Positions 26,601-39,480 of a stretch of 64,000 nucleotides of DNA are shown here, piece by piece (within the stretch, counting starts at the first letter, position 1; each line of letters starts with the position of its first letter). A program made the position numbers and the translations under genes. Under the pieces are notes generated by a model, which had not been told where the DNA came from, did no database searches, and worked only from the letters and a program-made list of their open reading frames with translations. Source of the DNA: Octopus vulgaris (Eukaryota); NCBI GenBank assembly GCA_951406725.2, contig OX597814.1:169756001-169820000 (forward strand). The letters are read 5' to 3'.

Positions 26601-28159
26601 GGAGTTGAAATTGAAGAAGTAAGTTAGTTGAATTGGGAATTTAAATTGTAGAATCGTAATGGTAAGAGGAGGAAAAAAGACCGCCAAATGGCTGAAAGAT
26701 GGAAAGAGATGGGAAGAGATGGGATTACGGCTTGAGGTAGCCTAGCCTAAGGTTAAATTTTGTAGAGAGAGAGATAGAAAGATAAATCAAGTTATGGCGA
26801 AGGCTTGAAAGTAGCCTTAAAAGGTTAAATTTTCGTAACAATGTATGAATAAACGTAGTAACAACGAATAGAAATATTAAGATAAATTTTTAAAGAACTT
26901 GCTGCGGACATCGGTCGGGAGTTGAAATTGAAGAAGTAAGTTAGTTGAATTGGGAATTTAAATTGTAGAATCGTAATGGTAAGAGGAGGAAAAAAGACCG
27001 CCAAATGGCTGAAAGATGGAAAGAGATGGGAAGAGATGGGATTACGGCTTGAGGTAGCCTAGCCTAAGGTTAAATTTTGTAGAGAGAGAGATAGAAAGAT
27101 AAATCAAGTTATGGCGAAGGCTTGAAAGTAGCCTTAAAAGGTTAAATTTTCGTAACAATGTATGAATAAACGTAGTAACAACGAATAGAAATATTAAGAT
27201 AAATTTTTAAAGAACTTGCTGCGGACATCGGTCGGGAGTTGAAATTGAAGAAGTAAGTTAGTTGAATTGGGAATTTAAATTGTAGAATCGTAATGGTAAG
27301 AGGAGGAAAAAAGACCGCCAAATGGCTGAAAGATGGAAAGAGATGGGAAGAGATGGGATTACGGCTTGAGGTAGCCTAGCCTAAGGTTAAATTTTGTAGA
27401 GAGAGAGATAGAAAGATAAATCAAGTTATGGCGAAGGCTTGAAAGTAGCCTTAAAAGGTTAAATTTTCGTAACAATGTATGAATAAACGTAGTAACAACG
27501 AATAGAAATATTAAGATAAATTTTTAAAGAACTTGCTGCGGACATCGGTCGGGAGTTGAAATTGAAGAAGTAAGTTAGTTGAATTGGGAATTTAAATTGT
27601 AGAATCGTAATGGTAAGAGGAGGAAAAAAAGACCGCCAAATGGCTGAAAGATGGAAAGAGATGGGAAGAGATGGGATTACGGCTTGAGGTAGCCTAGCCT
27701 AAGGTTAAATTTTGTAGAGAGAGAGATAGAAAGATAAATCAAGTTATGGCGAAGGCTTGAAAGTAGCCTTAAAAGGTTAAATTTTCGTAACAATGTATGA
27801 ATAAACGTAGTAACAACGAATAGAAATATTAAGATAAATTTTTAAAGAACTTGCTGCGGACATCGGTCGGGAGTTGAAATTGAAGAAGTAAGTTAGTTGA
27901 ATTGGGAATTTAAATTGTAGAATCGTAATGGTAAGAGGAGGAAAAAAGACCGCCAAATGGCTGAAAGATGGAAAGAGATGGGAAGAGATGGGATTACGGC
28001 TTGAGGTAGCCTAGCCTAAGGTTAAATTTTGTAGAGAGAGAGATAGAAAGATAAATCAAGTTATGGCGAAGGCTTCAAAGTAGCCTTAAAAGGTTAAATT
28101 TTCGTAACAATGTATGAATAAACGTAGTAACAACGAATAGAAATATTAAGATAAATTTT

Positions 28160-28160
<1 letters not shown>
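20658..28160. repeat. Tandem array of a 317-bp monomer, ~23.7 near-identical copies
   Basis: accgccaaatggctg starts at 20658, 20974, 21291, 21608 ... 27314, 27632, 27949; last copy ends after ~212 bp at (TA)n; only a few variants noticed, in terminal copies. Confidence 0.98.
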
Positions 28161-28209
<49 letters not shown>

Positions 28210-28951
28210 GGTGGGTATGTACATACATTACACATATGCAGACAAATACATGACATAGTTGAATAGTTGAAAATTTAAAAAAAGAATATTTTGTGTGTTA
28301 TTTACAATGAAAAAAAATTATACTAAATTTTGAAAAAACAAAAACAGTTTCTCAAAAATAATTTTAAAAAAACTAAACATATACAGGTGCATTTTTACTT
28401 TGGTTGTTGTTGTTCTTGTTGTTTTCTGACTTGAATCTTTATCTCCAAAAACCAGCTGGGCTTAGATTTAAATATTCTTAGATTAGAACAAAGTTTACCA
28501 ATTTTAGTAATCCATCTTAATGGCAAACCGTTATTTCATAGCAATTTATTCAAAAGCCATTTTTTAAAGGATTATTGGTTGTGGGGGTGGTGGTGATTGT
28601 GGAAGTGAGCATACAGTTGTTTACATGTATGACTGTTCCAGTATGAAAGCATGCATATATGTGTGTGTCTATGTATGTTTATGTGTGTGTGTGTGTCTAT
28701 GTTTATGTTTATGTGTTTGTATATATATATATATACTAGTGTATATATACATATATATATGTATATATATATATATATATATTTGGTGTTTATACATGTG
28801 TGTGCTTATGTTTATCTATATATATATATGAGTGCGTGTGTGTAGGTGTGATACCTTAAACTTAAACAGTACATGCTTGTGTGTATAAATATGTGTGTAT
28901 ATATATTTATATATATATATGTATATATATATATATACATATATATATACA

Positions 28952-29001
<50 letters not shown>

Positions 29002-29187
29002 TATACATATATGTATATATATGCATATATTTACATATATATATTTATACATACATGCATACATACATAGATACAAACATAGACAACCACACATACACAC
29101 ACATACACACATACATACTTATATATACATACTGTATAGTGTTCATGTATTCATATTTACCATATAACTATTTTTATATCACAAGGT

Positions 29188-29703
29188 ATCATCATCATCA
29201 TCATCATCATTTAGCGTCCGTTTTCCATGCTAGCATGGGTTGGACGGTTCAACTGGGGTCTGGGGAGCCCGAAGGCTGCACCAGGCCAGTCAGATCTGGC
29301 AGTGTTTCTACAGCTGGATGCCCTTCCTAACGCCAACCACTCCGAGAGTGTAGTGGGTGATTTTATGTGCCACCGACACAGGTGCCAGACGAGGCTGGCG
29401 AACGGCCACGCTCGGATGGTGTTTTTATGTGCCACCGACACAGGTGCCAGACGAGGCTGGCAGACGGCCACGCTCGGATGGTGTTTTTATGTGCCACCGA
29501 CACAGGTGCCAGATGAGGCTGGCGGACGGCCACGATCGGATGGTGTTTGTTATGTGCCTACATCACAGAGGCCAGTCGATGCGGTACTGGCTACGGCCAC
29601 GTTCGGATGGTTTTCTTGTGTGCCACCGGTACTGGTACCACAAAGATACAAATTCCATTGATGTTCATCTATTTTGATTTGGTTTGATTTGATTTGATTT
29701 GAT
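29188..29703 (-). mobile_element. RTE 3' end with ~4-5 VNTR units and (ATTTG)n
   Basis: Same VNTR variant as 11107-11500. Confidence 0.88.
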
Positions 29704-30729
29704 ATATAGATATATTTACATTTCTCACTACCACCTGTCTTGTTTACCTTTATTCATTTTGCTATGGAAAATATGACTTCTATCAAATGTAGAAGCTATT
29801 TTTTTTTTGTTAACACATTTGTTTTTTAACATACATATATATATATGCATATATACATATACACGCACATATATGTATTTATGCATGTATATATGTATGT
29901 GTGTATGTATGTTTGTATGTATCTATGAATGTGTTTGTGTGTATGTATGCAAGTCTGTATGTGTGCATGTATGTATGTATGCATGTACATATGTGCATGT
30001 ATATGTGTGTATATATGTATGTTTGTATGTATGTATATATGTATGTGTACATGTATGTATTTATGTATGTATGCGTGTATGTATGTTTTATATTTGTATG
30101 TAAGTATGTTTCTATGTATGTGTATATATATATGTGTACACATGTCTTTTTTAGTTCTTTTCAGAATCAACATATTTTGTCTGTAATTTTTTAGACATCC
30201 ACTTTCATACTTATTGATTCTCTTTAAAGTTTTCACATAAATCCCCTGTATTTTGTTTACACTTTCTAAATGTTTTGCTTACAAATAAGCACCTGACATT
30301 CGACACAGGGTGTGTATATAAGTTCATCTGAACTATATTTTCTTTTTCTGTCATTGGATTATTACCATGCAGTACCACTCCCAGAGGGATTTCTGTCAAT
30401 TATATCACCTACTGTTGCTACAGTCCTCTCTGTGGTTACTGACTATTCTTTAATGAATGTCTAAGTTCACCAGAGTTATGTCCCTTCTCTCAGTTATCTC
30501 GTTTATAAATTTAAATACCATGAAACACACACACACATATATATTTGGATGTCTTTGTGAAAATAGCTTAATGTAGTTTTTAAATATAAAGGGGAATTTT
30601 TTTTAGCCATTTCTTTTTTTAAAGTTATAAATTCTTTTTATAGGATGTTAGTAACCTTTTGGAAGAATTTTTTCCCTAGTGTGGGTAGAGCACTTTCAAT
30701 TAACCTTTTCAAACACACTTACATATGTA

Positions 30730-31034
30730 TTGTTGTTTGTTCCTTCTCGAGCCATGCCTGGCTCATAAGGTCCGGTTTCCCGGTTTCTTGGTGTATAGGT
30801 TCCCCACCTGGATGGGATGCCGGTCCGTTGCAGGTGAGCTGCAAGATGCAGGAGGAAAGAGTGAGAGAAAGTTGTGGCGAAAGAGTCAGCAGAAGTTTCG
30901 CCATTAGCTTCTGCCGGAGCCACGTGGAGCTTAGGTGTTTCACTCATAAACACACACATCGTCTGGTCTGAGATTCAAACTTGTGATCCCTCGACTATGA
31001 GTCCGCTGCTCTAAACACTAGGCCATGTGCCTCC
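30730..31034 (-). mobile_element. tRNA-derived SINE (head like 5952-6332, different tail)
   Basis: ggaggcacatggcctagtg head, acacctaagctccacg body, gaaaccgggaaaccgg..(AAC)n tail. Confidence 0.8.
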
Positions 31035-31081
31035 ACACACATATGTATGTATGTATACATAATAATTGATGAAAGAAATGA

Positions 31082-31414
31082 AAGATAGATTTAGCACTAG
31101 TCTCTATTCAGTACAACAATCATTTTGGCCCATCCTGCAACTGTCTGTTATGGGTAGGATTTTATGCATCTAATTGTGTTCCATCAATCCGTGTTGTTGG
31201 TGTCACATCAGGTACATGCATAAAGAAGGGGATGTCCTATTAGGTATACTGAGATGTGCTGGGCATGTTGTTTGTGCCTGCTGTATTTTGGTTATGATTG
31301 GCTACAGTTGATGCAACACAACTAGATGCACAAAATCCTACCCATAACGGATAGTTGCAGGATTGATCAAACTGGTCATCATACTGAATAAAGACTAGTA
31401 CTAAAATCTATCTT
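31082..31414. mobile_element. Fold-back MITE with ~100-bp terminal inverted repeats
   Basis: aagatagatttagcactagtct..atcctgcaact..ttatgggtaggattttatgcatcta mirrored by tagatgcacaaaatcctacccataa..agttgcaggat..agactagtactaaaatctatctt. Confidence 0.8.
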
Positions 31415-31572
31415 CCATTTCCTTCACCAATTATTATTATCTCACTGTGGAATTCCTGATGTGTATCCAGCAGAAATATACCCCAACCATGGATGACACC
31501 AGGTAGCCCAATCTGTGAATGTGCTTTATTCAACACACTAATTGACATATACCCATTGCTCCAAAAAATTAC

Positions 31573-31644
<72 letters not shown>

Positions 31645-31649
<5 letters not shown>

Positions 31650-32175
31650 AAAGATTATTTTCCAACATAAAGTGGCAATCGAATGTTACTGCTACTTAGT
31701 ACCAGGAAACATCATTTCCAGCTGGCTATACAACACACTATCTGTGTCCTTATATTTTCGAACAAGGGAGTTTAGAATCCCCGCTCAACACAAAACAATA
31801 TCTGTGCATCGCGATTTCTGGGTTATTTCTCTTCATCAGCACAGAATAACTGTTCACCTAGAGACTGCGCTGCTAAATTCTTGTTTGAAATATAGTTTTC
31901 AAAGTGACACACAGTCACCGATCTAATAAAATAAAAAAATTTCTATTTGTAAATCTCTCATCGACAGACATTCAGTAACAGTACTCTAGAGTAAAGATTA
32001 TTTGCCAACATAATGTGGCAGTCGAATGTTACTGTTATTTAGCTCCAGGAAACATCGATATTTCCTGAGGCTAAATAACAGTAACATTTTACTGCCACAT
32101 TACGTTGGTAAATAATCTTTACTCTAGAGTGCTGTTACTGAATGTCTGTCGATGAGAGATTTGCAAATAGAAATT
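31645..32175 (-). mobile_element. Penelope-like pseudo-LTR: partial direct repeat (period ~343 bp) plus ~119-bp inverted arm
   Basis: agagtaaagattattt..aggaaacatc at 31645 and ~31988; palindrome centred at 32056/32057; internal hammerhead. Confidence 0.75.
31801..31845 (-). ncRNA. Degenerate minimal hammerhead ribozyme
   Basis: Minus strand tctgtg-CTGATGA-agagaaataaccca-GAA-atcgcgat (palindromic stem III)-g-cacaga; 6-bp stem I intact, cleavage-site base is G, stem II damaged. Confidence 0.6.
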
Positions 32176-32398
32176 ATATAAATATATATATGATTCTCCA
32201 TGATAGATTGCTAGACACTACACATTCTTTATTTTCTCTCCTTGTTTCTTTCTGTGTTCCTTTCTGTTGAAGAGCATAGGCTCGAAATGTTAAAGACTTT
32301 TTCACTTCCTGAATGTTATAGTAATACATCTGTTTGTTGTCTACAGCACCTGACTTCGTCTTTTGTTGTTTTTTGTAAATTCTCACCTATATATATAT

Positions 32399-32588
32399 GC
32401 AGGTGGCACGTAAAAAACACCCACTACACTCGCAGAGTGGTTGGCGTTAGGAAGGGCATCCAGCCGTAGAAACACTGCCAGATCTGACTGGGCCTGACGA
32501 AGCCTTCCAGCTTCACAGACCCCAGTTGACCCGTCCAACCCATGCTAGCATGGAAAACGGACGCTAAACGATGATGATGATGATGATG

Positions 32589-32589
<1 letters not shown>
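32399..32589 (+). mobile_element. RTE 3' end
   Basis: GAT-tailed terminus between TA tracts. Confidence 0.85.
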
Positions 32590-32627
<38 letters not shown>

Positions 32628-32638
32628 ATGTATGTATA

Positions 32639-32681
<43 letters not shown>

Positions 32682-32802
32682 ATAAGTAAATGTATGTATA
32701 TATGTGTATATATATATGTATATATATATATATATATATATGTGTATATATATATATATGTATATGTATATATGTATATGTATATATGTATATATATATG
32801 TA

Positions 32803-32885
<83 letters not shown>

Positions 32886-34452
32886 TATATATATATATAG
32901 ATAGATAGATAGTAAAACCATAAAGAATGAAAATGCATCATCAATGATATATTTTACTTACGCATGTTTCAAATAGTTCAGCAAAATTCATCTATCTATT
33001 GCACATTGAAGCGTGCATGCTCAACCAGTCTATCAGTTGACTAATTGATTAACCAAAGTTACAAAGCTGTTGACAACAAATTCATTCATTTTTGCTAGAT
33101 TTCTTTACAATGAGACCTTGTGGAAGAGGTTTTTTATAAACTATACATAACAGATCTATGTCCTTATTTTATCACTCAGTGTCTCTTCTAGAGTCCTGGA
33201 AGGTAGTTTTTATATCAGATGCTATTAATTAAATAACTGCTACAGAGAGAGATAGCAACAGTATTTGGTTCTTGTCAAAATAAATTTGTACCTTAGTTTG
33301 TGATGTTCTTAAGTGCAAAATAATATAGTTAAAGGCAGAATGTATTGTCAAAAAGAATGCAAATTTAAAGGAAACTAATATCTATTAAGATTATTAGGGA
33401 ATTACAGAATTTTGGCTGTATTTACATTGGATAAATTTGTATTAAGTTCAATAGCATTAAATAATATGTATGTCATTGTTCAGTTTTATTTCAAGATTTC
33501 TTGCCAATAGAGAAAGAGCCGGTTTCTAAGCAAGATCCAAGGCTCCTTCGCTGGAATTTCAACATCAACAACAGGGTATTTTGTTTGTATGTATGTAAGT
33601 ATGTATGATGTATGTATGTATGTATGTATGTATGTATGTATGTATGTATGTATGTATGTATGTATGCATGCATGCATGTATGTATGTATGTATGTATGTA
33701 TGTATGTATGTATGTATGTATGGATGGATGGATGGATGGATGTATGTATGTATGTATGTATGTATGTATGTATGTATGTATGTATGTATGTATGTATGTG
33801 TGCAGAGTTGTATGTTTTGCTTTATGTATGTCTTCTCATATATGTAGTTGCATATCTAGACATGCTCATGTATATTAAAATGCTAAACTTCTGGAAAGTT
33901 TTACAGATTTTTATAGTTATGTATGTATGTATGTATGTATATGTGTGTGTGTGTATGTATGTATGTATATGTGTGTGTGTGTGTGCATGTATGTATGTAT
34001 GTGTGTATGTATGTGCATATATATGTACATGTGTAAGACAGTGAGCTGGCAGAATCATTAGCACATCAGGCAAAGTGCTAAGTGGTATTTTGTCTGTCTG
34101 TAAAGTTCAAATTCTGCCAAGGTTGACTTTGCCTTTCAGCCTTTCGAGGTCGATAAGATAAGTACCAGTTGCACACTGGGGTCAATGTAATCGACTTAAC
34201 TCCTCCAGGGTAAGAGTATAAAAACTGCACCCTTCTGACATCTCATGTCAAGACAGTGTTGCAGAGTAGTCTCATCAAACCAGTATGATCTCAAACTTAA
34301 ATTCATGGCCTCCACATCAGACCACGGTTGGTGGGGAGAACATGCTGAAGCATTTATCCTGCAGCGGATTGAACATGGGCAATCCAGTCCATTTCAATGT
34401 ACATATGAATGTATATATACTATTGAAAAGACAAGTTAAATAGTGAAGCTTT

Positions 34453-34667
34453 AGCTGGCAGAAACATTAGCACGCCAGGCGAAATGCGTAGCTGTACTTT
34501 ACATTCTGAGTTCAAATTCTGGCAAGGTCGACTTTGCCTTTCATCTTTTCGGGGTCGATAAATTAAGTACCAGTTATGCACTGGGGTCGATATAATTGAC
34601 TTAATCTGTCTGTCTGTCCTTGTTTGTCTTCTCTGTGTTTAGCCCCTTGTGGGTAGTAAAGAAATAG
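34453..34667 (+). mobile_element. MetaSINE-type tRNA SINE (another partial copy at ~34043-34205)
   Basis: agctggcagaaac head, gagttcaaatt, Meta core, tail agccccttgtgggtagtaaagaaat. Confidence 0.85.
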
Positions 34668-34669
34668 AT

Positions 34670-35072
34670 TAGTGGTCCCCAAACTGTTTCAGACTGCCGT
34701 CCCCTTGGCACCTATGTCACACTCCAAGAACCCCCCACACACATCCTCAGCACCACAAACATAGTCCATTTTCTGCAGCAAATTCACAACAGTAGCATTT
34801 CACAAATAAGACTTAACCTAATTAATCCATTATTTTAGCTGGTTTTACGATATGAAAAAGCAAATTTACTTCCCACTTGTAACGATGTTGTTTTCATATT
34901 TTTAATGTGATGGACGTACACTGTGTGGGGATATCAGCTTCTTGACATCCAGCATTCAATCATTTTCAGTGTTTCTTTACTTAGAAAAAATTTGGGCAAC
35001 AGCACTGAAGCCCCATTCTATAAAACATGATGTTGGGAAGGCAAAAAGTACATCATGACTCTGTTCCACAGT
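34670..35072 (-). pseudogene. hAT (Charlie/SCAND3-like) 3' terminal fragment
   Basis: FAFPTSCFIEWGFSAVAQIFSK*RN dimerisation-domain-like motif; TIR-like tagtggtccccaaact. Confidence 0.6.
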
Positions 35073-35369
35073 GAAGGGGGTCTCTAAAGTCTAATGACTT
35101 TCTAACACCATTAGGTTATTTCAAAGGTCTGCCCCATTGAGCAGTGGAAATCAAATCAGACTGATGGAATAGGGAAAGAAGAGTCATTTGCTACATGGGT
35201 GGTAGTGGATGTCTCTTGAAAGTTTTCTACCTAGAAGTGGGAAAAAGAGAAATGGATGGTGGCAGAAACGGCAAGAGAAACAGCTGAGGTTAAAATCATT
35301 GCTAGTGCTTTTGCAGTGTCCAGACATCACCACTCACAGCTCATGGAATGTTTAGAGTGGAAGCAAACA

Positions 35370-35413
<44 letters not shown>

Positions 35414-36085
35414 ATAATTATTCTGTAGCCATGAATAATTGTCACATATTACATTTACAGATAAATTCCTCTATTTACATATTGAGGTCTCTTCCTTTCT
35501 TTTGTTGTCTTACCGTTTTTGTCAATATATATACATAAAACAGGTGGTGATGGTGGTTGTGGTGGTGGTTGTGGTGGTGGTGATGGTCAGCAGCAGTGGC
35601 GGTGTTGTCACCGTTGTGATAACAATGATGATGAGGATGATGATGATGATGATTAATAGAGTTTGGTGGCTTAGCACAGCTAACAGACCAAGCAGCATTA
35701 ACAGATCAAAAAACTAATCCAAAATATGCCATACAATGGAGTGCTGGATTTGAGTGGTCCAACCTGGGTTTGAAATGTTATTTAGACTTGTTCTTTTAAA
35801 TCCTGGGTTCAAATCCTGTTAGAGTTAACTTTGCCTTCCATTAATCTCAAGGTCAGTCAAGTACCATTCAAATGCTGAAGATGGTTAAATTTGAGCCATC
35901 CACCCAACTTCTGTCAGTGAACTCAGTGAAAGTTTGTGGCTTAGTGGTTAGGGTATTCAGCTTATGATCGTAAGGTCATGAGTTCAACCCCTCCTCCCCC
36001 CAGTGGCACATTGCATCCTTGAACAAGACACTTTATTTAATATTATCCCAGTCCACCGTGGAAGCATATGCCTTAGTGGTTAGGA

Positions 36086-36585
36086 CAGTGTTTCTCAACC
36101 TTTTTACCCATGCATAACCCTTAAAATAAATTACATATCTCAAGGAACCCTTGCACAAAAAATTATATACCATATTTTTCTCCAATTTAAAAAAAATCAT
36201 AGTTCATATGGTAAATATCATATATATACATACGTATATATATACATACGTATATATATATACATATACACACACACACATAATTATATATATATATATA
36301 TATATCATCATCATCATCATCATCGTTTAACGTCCGTTTTCCGCGCTAGCACAGGTTGGACGGTTCGACCGGGGTCTGGGAAGCCAGAAGGCTGCACCAG
36401 GCTCCAGTCTGATCTGGCAGTGTTTCTATGGCTGGATGCCCTTCCTAACGCCAACCACTCCGCGAGTGTAGTGGGTGCTTTTTACGTGCCACCTGCACAG
36501 GTGCCAGAGGGGGTCTGGCATCGGCCACGATCGGTTGGTGCTTTTAACGTGCCACCGGCACGGAAGCCAGGCAAGGCGGTGCTGG

Positions 36586-36617
<32 letters not shown>

Positions 36618-36817
36618 GGTTGTCCATAAATTACAGACATCACTAAATATATCCCCAATGGTTGTTATATTTTTTTGATAACATAATAAGTTTGATAGGA
36701 TGATGTCTATATTACAATAACCAATAATATGTTGTGTATTGATAGTAATATTACGATCATGAAATTAGCATTAGCTTATCTCACTCTTTCTTGTGGAAAC
36801 CCTGGGAAGCTTTTTGC
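36086..36817. mobile_element. hAT (Charlie-like) MITE with a nested RTE 3' end (36306-36587), itself inside a tRNA SINE
   Basis: cagtgtttctcaacc terminus; homologous to 50361-50941. Confidence 0.75.
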
Positions 36818-37324
36818 TACTTCATGATTGTAGTTTCAATTCCTGGACTGGGTGACACATTGTGTTCTTGACCAAAAAACACTTCAATTCAGGTTGGTCC
36901 AGTCCACTTAGCTGGCAGAAATGAGTAATCCTGCAATGGACCAGCATTATATATATATAAATATATATGCCATGGAAACTGGGAAACTGGCCCTTATGAA
37001 TCTACATAACTCAGGAAGGAACTCTACTTCTTTTTACCAGTTCACTCAGCTGGTGAAATGTGTAGTACCTGTATTTCAAAGGGCCAGCCTTGTCACATTC
37101 TGTGTCATGCTGCATCTCCTTGAGAACTACATTAAGGGTACAGATGTCTGTGGAGTGCTCAGCCACTTGTATGTCAATTACACAAGCAGGCTGGATGTGT
37201 GTTCCAGCAGATTCAATCTGCTGGAACACTCATCATCATAACCAATGGACTGCCAGTTAGTAACAGTAAAAATAAAGTTTCATTCTCGAATCATACCACC
37301 CAATGAGGGCCAGTTTCCTGGTTT

Positions 37325-37820
37325 CATCATCATCATCAGCATCAGCATCACCCTTTAGCATCTGCATTCCGTGCTGGCAAGGGTTAAGATGGTTTGACTG
37401 AAACTTGTAAGCTAGAGGGCTGCACCAGGTCCCAATCTGATTTGGTATGGTTTCTCTGACTGGATGCCCTTCCTAACACCAACCACCCCAAGAGTGTAAT
37501 GGGTGCTTTTTACATAACACCGGCACAGGTGCCAGTTACCTGACACTGGCATATGCCATGACTATGATTTCACTAGGCTTCATGTGTTTTCTTAATCATG
37601 GCATATCACCAAAGGTTTCAGTCACTTATCATCGCCTCCATGAGGCCCAATGTTTGAAGATTGTACTTCACCACTTTGTCTTCCTGGGTCTACTCCTTCC
37701 ACAGGTTTGCTCCACAGTTAGAGGTCAGCACTTCTTTACACAACTGTCCTTGTCCACATGCATCACATGACCATAGCAACACAGTTGTCTCTCTTACACA
37801 CCATGTCATATGCCTTTTAT
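37325..37820 (-). mobile_element. Older RTE 3' portion
   Basis: Decayed LRWYGHV/GRPRKT-type region at 37660-37800 plus CAT-rich tail. Confidence 0.75.
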
Positions 37821-37827
37821 TCCCATA

Positions 37828-38228
37828 GGCACAGGAGTGGCTGTGTGGTAAGTAGCTTGCTTACCAACCATATGGTTCCAGGTTCATTCCCACTATGTAG
37901 CACATTGGGCAAGTGTCTTCTACTATAGCTTCGGGCTGAACAAAGCCTTGTGAGTGGATTTGGTAGATGGGAACTGAAAGAAGCCCATCATATATATGTA
38001 TATATGTGTATATGTTTGTGTGTCTGTTTTTGTCCCCCCAATATCGCTTGACAACCGATGCTGGTGTGTTTACGTCCCCATAACTTAGTAGTTCAGCAAA
38101 AGAGACTGATAGAATATATACTAGGCTTACAAAGAATAAGTCCTGGGGTCGATTTGCTCGACTAAAGGCAGTGCTCCAGCATGGCCGCAGTCAAGTGACT
38201 GAAACAAGTAAAAGAGTAAAAGAGTAAA
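37828..38228 (+). mobile_element. Full-length CORE-type tRNA SINE (other copies or fragments near 9147, 16790, 40860, 47545, 51990, 59660, 61005, 61705)
   Basis: Head, CORE-like segment, internal TA/TG tract and (AAAGAGTA)-like tail all present. Confidence 0.9.
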
Positions 38229-38294
38229 CTTTTCGCTCAAGACGCTTACACTGTCCTACATGCACACAGACATTGCACATCCAGCAAAGCATAC

Positions 38295-38500
38295 AAGCTT
38301 CCATGGCATATATATTATTCCCCACATAGACAGGACACTGGTTCATTGCAGGGTTACTCATTTTCGCCAGCTGAGTGGACTGGAGCAATGTGAAATAAAG
38401 TGTTTTGCTCAAGAACATGGTGTCACCTGGTCCAGGAATCAAGACCACAATCTTATGATTATGAGCCCAGCACCCTAACCACTAAGCCATGCACCTCCAC
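38295..38500 (-). mobile_element. tRNA SINE with ttgctccagtccactcagctgg core (related copies near 35935, 36820, 44555, 48580)
   Basis: gtggaggtgcatggcttagtggttagg head and shared core. Confidence 0.75.
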
Positions 38501-38619
38501 AGAGCCAGTAAGGGAACATGTGTGTACCGAATACCGCAAATAAATAAATAATTAACTCGGCTAATTCTTTCCAGGTCTTCATTTAAACACATTTATTCCT
38601 TCTCATAGAGGACAAGGAG

Positions 38620-38697
38620 AAGAAGAAGAAGAAGAAGAAGAAGAAGAAGAAGAAGAAGAAGAAGAAGAAGAAGACGAAGAAGAAGAAGAAGAAGAAG
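38620..38697. repeat. (GAA)n microsatellite
   Basis: Direct observation. Confidence 0.97.
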
Positions 38698-39247
38698 CTT
38701 CTTTGAGCTTTACTCATGAAATATGAACATGATGGTGCAAGTGAGAGGTGGCAGCTGTCTTTCTCAAGTATGTGACCTTTTAATTTAGTGCCAATGTTAA
38801 TTAGATTAGATTATATTGTCTTAATTTAGACTATTCCCACTACATACACAGCACACACAAACACGCACACACACACATACACAAACATACACATACACAT
38901 ATGCATACACATACACATACACACACAGAGATGCACTATCTTTTAAAATGCTATCTTTGATACAAGATCTCCTGATCTCATAACAAATTCCATTCTATTG
39001 ATTCACAGCTATTGAACAGCTTGGCCGGTTGGCTAGCTGGCTGGCCGGTTGGCTTGGCTGGTTACAGCTAACAATGCATGACCTCTTAACCTATTCCTCT
39101 AATTCTCATTACTACTCTTAGGTGTTAGTAACCAGAAGCTGGGATGAAAGCCTGGAAGAGGCCATACATATGTACATGCACATATACATGCATGCATACA
39201 TACATACATACATACATACATACATACATACATACATACATACATAC

Positions 39248-39301
<54 letters not shown>

Positions 39302-39411
39302 TATATAAATGAGGATGATAATGATATATATATATATGCATATATTTGTATATGCGTATAAATGCATATGTTTATATATATGTATGCATGTGTGTATATA
39401 TATACATACAA

Positions 39412-39442
<31 letters not shown>

Positions 39443-39445
39443 GAT

Positions 39446-39480
<35 letters not shown>

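Noticed and set aside
20658-28160. Array as a CRISPR or a hammerhead retrozyme
   Set aside because: No variable spacers, no cas genes and a eukaryotic context; no CUGANGA core found on either strand of the monomer
33485-33585. Possible hammerhead in a repeat related to 41475-41535 (gaaggagcc..gaaaccggctc)
   Set aside because: No CUGANGA core; more simply the 3'UTR of the RLE family
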